Positions 27,230 to 36,761 of a stretch of 64,000 bases of DNA are shown here, one piece after another. The first letter of the stretch is position 1; every line of letters starts with the position of its first letter. The position numbers were made by a program, and so were the translations under genes. This stretch comes from Candidatus Woesebacteria bacterium (lineage in GTDB: Bacteria > Patescibacteriota > Microgenomatia > UBA1400 > MFAQ01). Below the pieces are notes generated by a model. The model saw only the letters and a program-made list of their open reading frames with translations, did not search any database and was not told the DNA's origin. Location: the NCBI GenBank assembly GCA_035389185.1, contig DAOORK010000001.1:1006-65005 (forward strand), in the 5' to 3' direction.

Positions 27230-27676
27230 ATGATTAAATATCGTCCGGCTAATTCTTGGTTGTATATGGTGGTTTCTGCGATGTCTTTCGGGTTGTTTTT
27301 GATAACCAGTGTGTTTGTCGATGGAAGCTGGCCCTTTGCCATTCCGTCCGTAGTATTCGGGGTTATCTTATTCCTCAGCGTGGTGAAATGCATCGACGAT
27401 CTTGGTTTGCCAAGATTGCCGCGGGAGTCCGCATATGAACGACAGTGTCTCGAGCGTTGGCTCAGAGACGAAGGATACTGTTTGTTTAGGGGATCATGCA
27501 AAAAGCTGGCCAAAGACGCGATCGAATTTCGATCGGCTGGTGATGATCACGAAAGATCTCTCATCGCAACCAGTAAGATTCTTGAGTACGAGTTTTATCG
27601 GTATCAAGACTATGAATCAATTCGTATGGTCTGGCGTGCCGATAAGCCTTACGCAGTCTCAGTGTACGTGAAATAA
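27230..27676 (+). CDS. two-TM membrane protein, paralog 1 of a tandem trio
   Basis: GGAGG RBS; two TM helices then a soluble domain with LPRLPRESAYERQCLERWLRDEGY. Confidence 0.55.
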   Translation: MIKYRPANSWLYMVVSAMSFGLFLITSVFVDGSWPFAIPSVVFGVILFLSVVKCIDDLGLPRLPRESAYERQCLERWLRDEGYCLFRGSCKKLAKDAIEFRSAGDDHERSLIATSKILEYEFYRYQDYESIRMVWRADKPYAVSVYVK

Positions 27677-27787
27677 GTTTCAACCAACCGAAGGGATAAA
27701 ACCCTTCGGTTTTTTGTGGTTTGACAAACACCCTATAAAATGTTAATATATGGCCGCAAGTTAAAATTTTTTCAGGAGGTTGGATAG

Positions 27788-28234
27788 ATGATCAAATATC
27801 GTTCAAGAGTAAAAGCATGGTCATTTTTTGGGGCGACTATTTTTGGTATTTTTCTTATGGTTGAGATACTTGCGTTTAGTTTTGCAGATTGGTTTTTATT
27901 AGTGATGTGTACGATCATATTTACTCTCTGTATCTATAGCCTCGACAAGTTTTTATGTGAGATGAAACTTCCGACCTTGCCGCGGGAAACCAAACCGGAA
28001 CGCCAAACCCTCGAAATTAGTCTTCGGAACGAAGGATACTGCCGGTATGTGGGATCTCACAATGTGGTGTCCAAAAAGGCGGCTGTTTTCCAGCTCGACA
28101 AGAAGAGTGAAGAGCAAACGATTTTGGCGACCAGCGAGATTACCCAACATGAGGGCTACCGATTTTGGGACTTCGGTCCGTATCGTTTAGTATCTCGTGC
28201 GGATGAATCTACATGGGTAGCGTACGTGAAATAA
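27788..28234 (+). CDS. two-TM membrane protein, paralog 2
   Basis: Same architecture with LPTLPRETKPERQTLEISLRNEGY; preceded by a duplicated promoter/terminator module. Confidence 0.55.
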   Translation: MIKYRSRVKAWSFFGATIFGIFLMVEILAFSFADWFLLVMCTIIFTLCIYSLDKFLCEMKLPTLPRETKPERQTLEISLRNEGYCRYVGSHNVVSKKAAVFQLDKKSEEQTILATSEITQHEGYRFWDFGPYRLVSRADESTWVAYVK

Positions 28235-28345
28235 GTTTCAACCAACCGAAGGGATAAAACCCTTCGGTTTTTTGTGGTTTGACAAACACCCTATAAAATG
28301 TTAATATATGGCCGCAAGTTAAAATTTTGTGCGGAGGTATAAACA

Positions 28346-28810
28346 GTGGTTATTCATCGTTCAAGAGATCGTGTATTAATTGCCAGCATTGGCGAAACCT
28401 TCTTTATATCATTTTTAATTATCTGTCTCAGTTTTACTAAAGAGACGATATTATCAATGAAGTCACCTTGGGAATATGTTTTTCTGATTGTTATTTTGGT
28501 TATCGCAGTTGTGTTCTTTCTCTGGGTGTTACTTTGTGAGTTTAATCGTCCTCTGTTACCCAAGCAAACTCAGACCGAACGGCAGGAGTTGGAAAGCTGG
28601 CTGGCCAGCGAAGGCTATCGCAAGTTTTGGGGAACGATCTCCCGAAAAGACGGAGTGATTACCTTCAGGCTGGACAAATGTCGTGATCCATATCCTGAAA
28701 ATGGAATTAAACCAATGGAGCACGGTAATTACGTGTACTGGGACTTTGGTCAGTACAGGATAGTCAGACGCCTTGATCTCTCGATCGATTCCGAGGCGTA
28801 CGTGAAATAG
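28346..28810 (+). CDS. two-TM membrane protein, paralog 3
   Basis: GTG start after CGGAGG; LLPKQTQTERQELESWLASEGY. Confidence 0.5.
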   Translation: MVIHRSRDRVLIASIGETFFISFLIICLSFTKETILSMKSPWEYVFLIVILVIAVVFFLWVLLCEFNRPLLPKQTQTERQELESWLASEGYRKFWGTISRKDGVITFRLDKCRDPYPENGIKPMEHGNYVYWDFGQYRIVRRLDLSIDSEAYVK

Positions 28811-28849
28811 TTTTGAAGATCTCCCTAGGAATAGGGAGATTTTTTTGGC

Positions 28850-30808
28850 TTATTTGAGTACCGGCTGGGAAAGTTGTTCGAGATAATTGGTGGCAGATTG
28901 ATAGTCTGGCTTGAGGTCGAGAGCTGTCTGAAAGGCAGTCTTTGCTTCATTGTTTTGACCAAGGCTAAGATAGAGGACTCCAAGGTTAAAATAGTTTGAG
29001 CTATCTGTGGGTGAAATCTCGGTGATTTTAGTGAGAGTTTTGACGGCTTCTTGATTGTACTGGGGATAGAGTTCGGCAAGAGTAAGTTCGGTTTTGGCTT
29101 TGGTTTTGAGAATATTGAGATTGTGTGGGTTCATGGAAACGGCCCTTTCCGAGTTGCTGATGGCTTCGGAAATAAAACTGTTTATATATGACTCCGCTTT
29201 TTGTTTTAGTTCAGCAGAAGCAGTAGCCGGAATTTGTTTTTCGATTTGCGGAGCAATAATTTGAACGGCAATTAAGGCATTTAGATAGCCGTATTGAGCG
29301 TAATAAATGGGTTCGTGTGGATTTAGCTCCAGGGCCTTTTTACTTTCTTCATAGCTATTGCGGCCTAAGTTGTAGGCGATGTCTCCTCGCCAGGATTTGT
29401 TGAGGTTTATAAGAAGCCATATCGCTCCAATGACGACGATGGAGACACCCAGTATGGTGTCGAAACGGAGTTCAATGGATTTATCCTCGCCTGCATCGAG
29501 AGAAGAGAGATAGATGGCCGGAAAAAGAAAGAAAAATAAGCCGATGTTGACTACCGAAAAACCAAAGTAGTTGGTGATAAGAATAGAAATAAAACCAAGA
29601 AGCAGAGGTAGGCGAAGATCGCCATGTTTGGTTTTTTTGTTTAAGAACAAATAGAGGATAGAGCCAGTAAGAAAGAGGTAAGTGCCAAGACCAACAAAAC
29701 CGGAGTTGGCGAAGAAGTTGAGGTACTCGTTGTGGGCTTTGTTGTAGAGAAAATCGGTTTCTGAAGTCAGGTTGTGTGAGGCAGGGCGAACCTGGTAATA
29801 GCTATAGCCAAATGTCTCGACACCGGTGCCAAAAAGGGGATGGGAAAGACCTAACTTTATTGCCCCTTCCCAAACCACACGACGGATGGCCATGGAGTCG
29901 GAGCCACCAACGCGGGTTTTGTTTTCTTCAGTGATGATGGTGAGAGTGTCGGAGTAAAAAGGATTGATTTTATTAAGAGAGTTTAGGGTTTGATTGATCT
30001 TTGAACCGGCGAAAATAAAAAGAAGAATAGTGATTGGAATGAGTCCGAGAATAAGCCAAGACTTGCCTTTTTGAACTGAAGTAATAATAAAGAAGAGTAA
30101 TAAAATAACTGCGGTAGCTCCGAGACCGGACTGGGATTTAGTAAAGACAATGGTGATGAGAAATAGCAAAGAGAGTCCAAGGTGCAGGTATTTTTTGTCG
30201 ACGGTGTTGGCATTTACTGCTTGGTAAAGAGAAAGGGGAAGCAAGGCAACTAGGAAGGCCGAGAGCCAGTTGGGCTGGCCAAGAGTAGAAAAAACGCGAT
30301 TTTGGACGTCTTGGACCCAGATGTTTTTATCGATGCCAAAGTGCTCAAGAACGCCGTAAAATGAAATTACTGCGGCTGATGAGAGGATAGCGATGAGAAC
30401 GCGACCGAGAGCCTTTTTTTCTCCATGGAAATGGGTGACAAAAGCGTAGTAAAGAAGGACATAAGAGACTGTGGACATCAAACCCCCATGAAAACGAGAA
30501 TAGTACCCCCAAAGGCTAGTGTGGGGATTAATTGAGATGATAGTAGAAATTATTTGAGAGACGAGGAAGAGAAGGATTGGCAGGTCGAGCTTGGTGCGGA
30601 CAAACTCAAAACGATGATTGACAAAGGACTTGGTAAGCCAGGTTGCTCCAATGAGAATGGTCATCAGATAAACAAAAAGCATTTTGTTGAATTCAAAAAC
30701 CTCGGAAGTGTATGGCCAAAGGATAAGCGGAGTGACGAAAAAAAGAAGGTAAAAAAGCCAACGGATGATTTGGGTGTAAATAGGGGAGGTTTCCGGCCTT
30801 TTGGACAT
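28850..30808 (-). CDS. O-antigen ligase/polymerase (Wzy_C)-like multi-TM protein with C-terminal TPR repeats
   Basis: About 12 TM helices with a large periplasmic loop typical of Wzy_C/O-antigen ligases; C-terminal about 200 aa of TPR-like helices. Confidence 0.6.
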   Translation of the reverse strand: MSKRPETSPIYTQIIRWLFYLLFFVTPLILWPYTSEVFEFNKMLFVYLMTILIGATWLTKSFVNHRFEFVRTKLDLPILLFLVSQIISTIISINPHTSLWGYYSRFHGGLMSTVSYVLLYYAFVTHFHGEKKALGRVLIAILSSAAVISFYGVLEHFGIDKNIWVQDVQNRVFSTLGQPNWLSAFLVALLPLSLYQAVNANTVDKKYLHLGLSLLFLITIVFTKSQSGLGATAVILLLFFIITSVQKGKSWLILGLIPITILLFIFAGSKINQTLNSLNKINPFYSDTLTIITEENKTRVGGSDSMAIRRVVWEGAIKLGLSHPLFGTGVETFGYSYYQVRPASHNLTSETDFLYNKAHNEYLNFFANSGFVGLGTYLFLTGSILYLFLNKKTKHGDLRLPLLLGFISILITNYFGFSVVNIGLFFFLFPAIYLSSLDAGEDKSIELRFDTILGVSIVVIGAIWLLINLNKSWRGDIAYNLGRNSYEESKKALELNPHEPIYYAQYGYLNALIAVQIIAPQIEKQIPATASAELKQKAESYINSFISEAISNSERAVSMNPHNLNILKTKAKTELTLAELYPQYNQEAVKTLTKITEISPTDSSNYFNLGVLYLSLGQNNEAKTAFQTALDLKPDYQSATNYLEQLSQPVLK

Positions 30809-30852
30809 GATGTTAGTTTAACATTGAACTAATTATTTTTTCACCTTGCTCC

Positions 30853-31053
30853 AATCCATTGAAAAAACCCGGATGTTATTTTGTTGCAAATCCTCTCTAC
30901 TTCGCCATTATTCCTTTCTGCCGACCGACTCATACCGCCTCTCCTGCGGAGGCGGTTGGTCTGCCTACTCACCTCGAAAACTCTGCCTACGGGCAGAGAC
31001 TATGCTTTTCGAGGTTCCGTAAGCTCGTCATTAAGGACAAATGGCTCGTAGAG
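30853..31053. repeat. ~200-bp intergenic repeat (copy 2), candidate structured RNA or MITE
   Basis: Near-identical to 55084-55283 over about 200 bp with two SNPs and one indel; contains hairpins ccgcctc/gaggcgg and tcgaaaactctgcc-tacg-ggcagag..ttttcga. Confidence 0.8.
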
Positions 31054-31120
31054 AATTTGTTTTACTGTTGAATATTTCGGTCTTCAATTTGTGAGGTAAT
31101 CTGTTATTATTAGCCATATT

Positions 31121-32185
31121 ATGTTCGAGTCTTTGTGGAGATTAGCGACCTTGGATGTGGGTATCGATTTAGGTACGGCTAATACTGTGGTGCATGTTGC
31201 CGGCAAGGGAGTAGTGATTCGTCAGCCTTCGGTAGTCGCTAGACATATGAAGACGAAAGAGATTTTGGCAATTGGAGCAGAAGCGAGAAAGATGTTGGGA
31301 AAAAATCCTGCCAATATTGAGGTGGTGAGACCTCTTCACGACGGGGTGATTGCTGATTTTGATGCGGCCGAAGCCATGCTTAAGCACTACATTGTGGAAG
31401 TTCATGAGTTTTATAAAGGGCTGGGTTTTAAAATCGCCCGTCCGAGAGTGGCGATTGGAATTCCTTCTGGTGTGACTGAAGTTGAGAGGAGAGCTGTGCA
31501 AGACGCGGCTTTGTCGGCCGGAGCAAGAGCGGCGTTTTTGGTGGAAGAACCAATGGCCGCGGCGATTGGTTCCGGATTGCCTGTAGAAAAGGCCGAAGGG
31601 CAGATGGTTTGTGATATTGGCGGGGGAACATCGGAGATTGGGGTAATTTCTTTGGGAGGACTGGTACTTAATCGCAGTTTGCGCGTTGCAGGGGACGAAT
31701 TAACGGAATCGATCATGAATTTTGCTCGATTGAAGTACAACCTTCTTTTGGGTGAGTCAACAGCAGAGGAAGTAAAAATTAAGGTAGGTTCGGCATTTCC
31801 TCTTAAATGTGAGAAAGAAGGAAATCCTCTGACCGTGGTAGTGCGCGGGAGGAGTTTGGAGTCTGGTCTTCCCAAGTCGATGAAACTTAATAGTGTCGAG
31901 ATTAGAGAAGCAATGATGCCGGTTATAAATCAGATTTTGTCGGAGATAACTTTAATTATTGAAGAAACACCGCCTGATCTGGTCGCCGATATTTTGGAAA
32001 AGGGAATGGTAATGGCGGGAGGCGGGTCATTGATTCGAGGAATAGATAAATTGGTTTCCGAACAAACAGGTATGCCGGTTTGGATCACGGAAACACCTTT
32101 GGAGGCGGTAGTTCGCGGCTGTGCTAGGGTTTTGGAAGATGACAAATTGCTGGGCAAGGTAAGAGTGATTGGCGGGCTCAGATAG
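31121..32185 (+). CDS. mreB: rod shape-determining protein MreB
   Basis: Actin-fold motifs DLGTANTVV, DIGGGTSE, GGGSLIRG. Confidence 0.9.
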   Translation: MFESLWRLATLDVGIDLGTANTVVHVAGKGVVIRQPSVVARHMKTKEILAIGAEARKMLGKNPANIEVVRPLHDGVIADFDAAEAMLKHYIVEVHEFYKGLGFKIARPRVAIGIPSGVTEVERRAVQDAALSAGARAAFLVEEPMAAAIGSGLPVEKAEGQMVCDIGGGTSEIGVISLGGLVLNRSLRVAGDELTESIMNFARLKYNLLLGESTAEEVKIKVGSAFPLKCEKEGNPLTVVVRGRSLESGLPKSMKLNSVEIREAMMPVINQILSEITLIIEETPPDLVADILEKGMVMAGGGSLIRGIDKLVSEQTGMPVWITETPLEAVVRGCARVLEDDKLLGKVRVIGGLR

Positions 32186-32255
32186 ATTGATTTAGTCCCA
32201 TAACTATGATAATATTCCGACGTAACTTAAAATAATCTTTCAATTGGAGGTATGT

Positions 32256-32642
32256 ATGTCGTGGCTCTCTTTGCTGATTGCCCTGATCATGACGGGCAAA
32301 AACGGTGCAAGTCTGATTGGCAATGCCTGGTGGTATCAGTACTTAATGAATTTGGTATCAGTGGAACAGTTTTTCTTGGGTGCAGGCTTGGGTATCTTCG
32401 CGATCGCCCTTGTTGTTTGCATCGCGATTGGGCTTCGTTCGGGGTTTCGAAAGTCCTTTAGTGGAATTGGCTGTATCTCCACCATGATTTTGGTTTGGCT
32501 AGGGACACTACCCCTATTCGAGTGGATCACCTTGCTTTTGGCAAAAGGTATGTTGAATGCTTTTGATCCTGTACTGGGGATTGTCAACCAGGGTGCTTTC
32601 ATTTTGAATGCGGCAATTTTTGTACTCCTTGGAGCAGGTTAG
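32256..32642 (+). CDS. small multi-TM membrane protein (hypothetical)
   Basis: GGAGG RBS before MSWLSLL; four hydrophobic helices. Confidence 0.5.
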   Translation: MSWLSLLIALIMTGKNGASLIGNAWWYQYLMNLVSVEQFFLGAGLGIFAIALVVCIAIGLRSGFRKSFSGIGCISTMILVWLGTLPLFEWITLLLAKGMLNAFDPVLGIVNQGAFILNAAIFVLLGAG

Positions 32643-32739
32643 GATCATCCCCGGTTTAGGCCGGGGGTTTTTGTGCTATGGGGCATATATGTTAAAATAT
32701 GAACGTTCGAGAACGTTGAAAATTCAAATAGGAGGATAC

Positions 32740-34011
32740 ATGAAGAAGAATGATGGCTACACCGATCGTCTAAAACAGGCGGCGTTGGAAGGAGTAATTT
32801 CTCGCTTGGAAGGTGAGCAAGCATTTATGGTGGTTAGCTTCATGAAGAAGTGCGCCGTTCCTGAAGTTGTCTACGAGTCAAAAAAGGTCAGGAAATTGGC
32901 CTTGGAATATATCCGTGATGGATTGGGCCATATGTTTTTATTTGATGATAAAAATTACCAGATGGCGGCTCAGCAGGCCAAGGCAGTGAGAGTACCAGAT
33001 GGTTTAATAAATAATTTGATACTTGAGTATTTTTATAATTATGTAGTTGTCCATGGATATTTGCCTCGTGACTTTGATATCGTGACACAAGCGTTTGCTG
33101 TGCCAAAAGAGATAATCGCCAAGAAACCGGAGTTTGAGAAAGCGGTTTTGAAGGAGATTGGGTCACGCGCATTTAACAGCCGAGATGTCTTGCGGAGTAT
33201 GCTGTGTTACCTGAAGTATTTTTCTCTTTCCCAAGAGGCCATGGGCTCAATGGTGAAGTATGCTTTTGAACATTATGCCTTCAGAGTCGTGAAGGATAAA
33301 GCATTTGAAGAAGAAAATGAAGCGCTTCTTGACAAAATTATCTCAGATACAAAACTAAATCGGGGAGAGATTTTGGCTTTAATTTTGTCAAAAATATCCG
33401 AGTTGATAGAGGGTGGATTCATTGAAGAAGCTACCGTTTTGATCAAAAAGTTCAAAATCACTCCTTCGATGGTGGTTAATGAGAATAACAAAAAACTGGC
33501 AGTCGATGGCGCTCTGAAAATGTTTCGTTGCGGAGAGATCAAAGAAGCAAAGCAAATTATCAGAATGTTTGACTTGTCGAAAGCTGACTTTGAGGAGAGT
33601 GAACTACTGAAGGCAGTTGGCGCCCGTCTCGGGTACGATGAGTTTAACAAGATCCTCAGAGTAATTGCTTTTGCCGATCTTCCTCAAGAAACAGTGGCCA
33701 GTTATTTGAGAGACAATTTGAAGAAGTTCGTACGAGAAGGTGTCAAGAACGTCAAGCCTTTGGCTGAGAAGTATGGAATCGGCTGGGGTGAACTGGTGAA
33801 GGCGGCCGAAGATGCTTTTGTGGAGGGTTTGGCTTCATCCGGCAATAACTACGTGATGAAGTACGTTGCAGAATATGGCCTTTCACAGGAGTTTTTGGCT
33901 AGCGAGAGGGTAATTGAGGCCGCAAAGATGGGCTTGATTGCGGTGTACAAACACGCTGACATTCACAATAGTATTGGATTTTTGGAGAGTACCTTTGGTT
34001 TAAATAAATAA
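32740..34011 (+). CDS. all-helical repeat protein (hypothetical), paralog A
   Basis: AGGAGG RBS; paralog of 34112-35389 with an identical downstream terminator. Confidence 0.55.
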   Translation: MKKNDGYTDRLKQAALEGVISRLEGEQAFMVVSFMKKCAVPEVVYESKKVRKLALEYIRDGLGHMFLFDDKNYQMAAQQAKAVRVPDGLINNLILEYFYNYVVVHGYLPRDFDIVTQAFAVPKEIIAKKPEFEKAVLKEIGSRAFNSRDVLRSMLCYLKYFSLSQEAMGSMVKYAFEHYAFRVVKDKAFEEENEALLDKIISDTKLNRGEILALILSKISELIEGGFIEEATVLIKKFKITPSMVVNENNKKLAVDGALKMFRCGEIKEAKQIIRMFDLSKADFEESELLKAVGARLGYDEFNKILRVIAFADLPQETVASYLRDNLKKFVREGVKNVKPLAEKYGIGWGELVKAAEDAFVEGLASSGNNYVMKYVAEYGLSQEFLASERVIEAAKMGLIAVYKHADIHNSIGFLESTFGLNK

Positions 34012-34111
34012 TTTTTCCCCCGAGCGATCGGGGGATTTTTGTATTTATAGGCTTAATATGGTAGACTACAGGCGATCGTGGACGTTGAAAACTAAAAAGG
34101 AGGATGGCAAA

Positions 34112-35389
34112 GTGAAATCAGATTTCGAAAAAAAGGTCACACAGAATATTGTTGAAGGGATTAACAATTGTCTGATAAAGGGTTTTAAGATTCCTCAACT
34201 GATTGAGTTCTTGGAAACCTGTCCAGATATTCCGGAAAACGTTTGGAAAGACAGATCGATTATCGAAAAAACCTTGATTTACATTAATTATGTACTGAAA
34301 ATAGATTATTCTCTGGAAGATACCAAGGATTTGCCAAGGCTGACCAAGCTGTTGAAAATACCCCAAGAGGCGGTGAAGAGAGTGGTGTTGTCCTGCTTGG
34401 TTGCCGATTATGGTTTACCAAGACACTTCAAAGAAATTGTCGAAATCTTTGATCTTCAACAGAAGGATTTTGATATCAAAAAACTGGAAAAATCAATCCA
34501 TAACTACTTCAACTTATCACCTTTAGTTTATGAAGAACAGTGGACTGAGAACTTGCTTTTTTGCGCTGAGTTTTTTCCACTTAGCGAAGAAGTCAGGAAG
34601 AAGATCTATGCCGGGGTGATGGCCAGCTATATACTCGATGTGGCGGATGAAAGTTATCTTGAAAGGGCAGATATGATTTTGGGGATTAAGACTTCCGATA
34701 GAGGTAAGATCGCCCTTCTGGCAGTTGAGAATACCATCGAAGAAAACTTTTGTTTTTATTCTAGATCGGTTGACAATTCGATTCTTTTGTCTCCAGCAGT
34801 ATCATCAGTAAACAAAATGATTGAAGTATTAAAAAGATACAACACCGACGTTGTCTTGGTGACGGAAGAAGATATCCGTTTGCTGGCAAAGGGAGCGCTT
34901 GATCTTCTTGATGAAAACGATTTTGTCGGGGCGAGGAAAATTATCGATTTATTCAGCCTGGAAAGTGACGACTTTGATCGGGAAAGAGTCTTGAAAGTAG
35001 TCGAATATCACCTGTCGGGAGAAAAAGATGAAATTGCTGATTTTCTGATTTTCTATGCCGACATCAGTTCAGAGGAAATACAAAAGATTGCTTGCCAGAA
35101 ATTGGGAAGATTGGTTCGTGATAAACGGAAGGCTCTTGATTTTGCACAAGCCTATCATATTTCTCTTGACACAGTGAAAACTATTGTTGAAGAAATAGTT
35201 GTTGAGGACTTGAGTCATCCGAATGCCAGACCCGAAGACATATGTAGGGTGATTGACAATTTCCCTTTGTCGGAAGAATTTCTTAAAAGTTCAAGGGTTC
35301 TAGAACTGGCTAAAGCCGCATTGCTGACTGCTTATCACAAGTGCGACGCAAAAAGCGTTGTTTTGCTTAAACAAAAATTTGGAATTTAG
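34112..35389 (+). CDS. all-helical repeat protein (hypothetical), paralog B
   Basis: GTG start 8 nt after AGGAGG; shares blocks with paralog A (KII..F.L...DF....LK.V). Confidence 0.55.
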   Translation: MKSDFEKKVTQNIVEGINNCLIKGFKIPQLIEFLETCPDIPENVWKDRSIIEKTLIYINYVLKIDYSLEDTKDLPRLTKLLKIPQEAVKRVVLSCLVADYGLPRHFKEIVEIFDLQQKDFDIKKLEKSIHNYFNLSPLVYEEQWTENLLFCAEFFPLSEEVRKKIYAGVMASYILDVADESYLERADMILGIKTSDRGKIALLAVENTIEENFCFYSRSVDNSILLSPAVSSVNKMIEVLKRYNTDVVLVTEEDIRLLAKGALDLLDENDFVGARKIIDLFSLESDDFDRERVLKVVEYHLSGEKDEIADFLIFYADISSEEIQKIACQKLGRLVRDKRKALDFAQAYHISLDTVKTIVEEIVVEDLSHPNARPEDICRVIDNFPLSEEFLKSSRVLELAKAALLTAYHKCDAKSVVLLKQKFGI

Positions 35390-35525
35390 TATTTTTCCCC
35401 CGAGTGATCGGGGGATTTTTTATATCAATCCCATAATGACGTAGTGATTATGGGCGCAGATATAAGAGGAAACGCAGGAAGATATTTTGATAATAATGAT
35501 TATCAAAAAGATGACGAGTAAGCTC

Positions 35526-36290
35526 TTATGGATCGAGAATAATAGCCAGGTTATCCGGATTATCGGAGAAAGTAGTACTTAGTTTTATCTCGGCTTTTTG
35601 AAGAGGTTCTTGAGGGTTAGAAATAACCTTAATAATTTTACCTATTACCAAGTTGCCAGGAATTTGTTCAGTTGTTTCGGTGAAGACATAGTCATTGGGA
35701 TTTACGGGAGAAAGACTGGGAATATCAGTGACTTGGGCAGTGGAGGCAGCGTACTTGTAAAAACCCTTTTGACCCGAAGAGGTGTGAACAGAAAGAACTC
35801 CGGATCGGTCATCGTCGAGGGGGCGAATATTGATTACCGATCCTTTGATCTCGGAAACTATACCAAGAAGGATGGTGTCAGAAACGAGAGGCTGGCCGAC
35901 CCTGACTTTATCAATAGGAAAAGATGAGGTGACGGTGTGGTTGCCAATTGACCCGGTAATGCGAACCGGAAGGACTGACTTAAAACTTGATTTAAGGTTG
36001 GGGTTTTGGCTATCGGTGATGGACTGCTTTAGCAGTTCGTTTTCGGTAAGTAGTTTGGCGTTTTGAGAGCGGAGTGAGCGATTTTCCGATTGGATTTGAG
36101 GTAGATTTTTGATAAAGGCAGTCTGTTTGTCCAGTGTTTGGTGGAGAACGCCGATTGGTTGGCGAATAGGAGTAAAGACAGTATAAAAGACAAGATCAAT
36201 GGTATGACCAAGGCTAAGTTTGCTGGCGATAGAAAATAGAATAGCAAAAAGAAGGGGAAAAATAAGATTATTAATTTTTGAAGTAGGCAT
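35526..36290 (-). CDS. mreC: rod shape-determining protein MreC
   Basis: N-terminal TM, coiled coil (NRSLRSQNAKLLTENELLKQ), C-terminal beta-domain of MreC length. Confidence 0.65.
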   Translation of the reverse strand: MPTSKINNLIFPLLFAILFSIASKLSLGHTIDLVFYTVFTPIRQPIGVLHQTLDKQTAFIKNLPQIQSENRSLRSQNAKLLTENELLKQSITDSQNPNLKSSFKSVLPVRITGSIGNHTVTSSFPIDKVRVGQPLVSDTILLGIVSEIKGSVINIRPLDDDRSGVLSVHTSSGQKGFYKYAASTAQVTDIPSLSPVNPNDYVFTETTEQIPGNLVIGKIIKVISNPQEPLQKAEIKLSTTFSDNPDNLAIILDP

Positions 36291-36328
36291 TGAGTTAATT
36301 CCTTCTTTTAAGATTTGGTTGTATTATC

Positions 36329-36760
36329 ATGGAGATGTTGATGATAAATCAGTCCAAGAATAACATAAAAACAATTATAACCGTGTTGGTGCTGGTTATT
36401 TTGGGTGAAGGTGTCTTGGGTTGGGGTTTGTACTGGCCATTTTTGTTAGCTTTGCTGAACTGGAGAGGTGTTTATTGGTTGGCCTTTGGCGTGGGGATAT
36501 TAATTTCGGTACTGCGTGGTATGTCGATTGGATTACCAAGCCTTTTCATTTTGGTGGTAGTTGGAGGTTTATCTTTGCTGTTAAATGCCAGAAAAGAGGT
36601 AAGCTGGGTATTAATTGTGATTGGTGCTGTAGCTTCGATTGTTTTTGATATGGTATTTGGCTTGGACTGGAGTATCTGGGAAGTAATTGCAGTTTTGATT
36701 GCCGGAGTTGTGGCAGTGTCATGGTTTGAAAGATCGGAAACGATCAGAATTAATTATTAA
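36329..36760 (+). CDS. mreD: MreD-like small polytopic membrane protein
   Basis: 143 aa with 4-5 TM helices, immediately upstream of and overlapping the PBP2 gene. Confidence 0.4.
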   Translation: MEMLMINQSKNNIKTIITVLVLVILGEGVLGWGLYWPFLLALLNWRGVYWLAFGVGILISVLRGMSIGLPSLFILVVVGGLSLLLNARKEVSWVLIVIGAVASIVFDMVFGLDWSIWEVIAVLIAGVVAVSWFERSETIRINY

Positions 36761-36761
36761 T

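Noticed and set aside
30859-31071. ORFs inside the ~200-bp repeat copies (30859-31071 plus, 55090-55281 plus, 54822-55202 minus, 23059-23277 minus)
   Set aside because: A 1-bp indel between otherwise identical copies puts them in different frames with unrelated translations, so nucleotide-level rather than protein-level conservation argues against coding.
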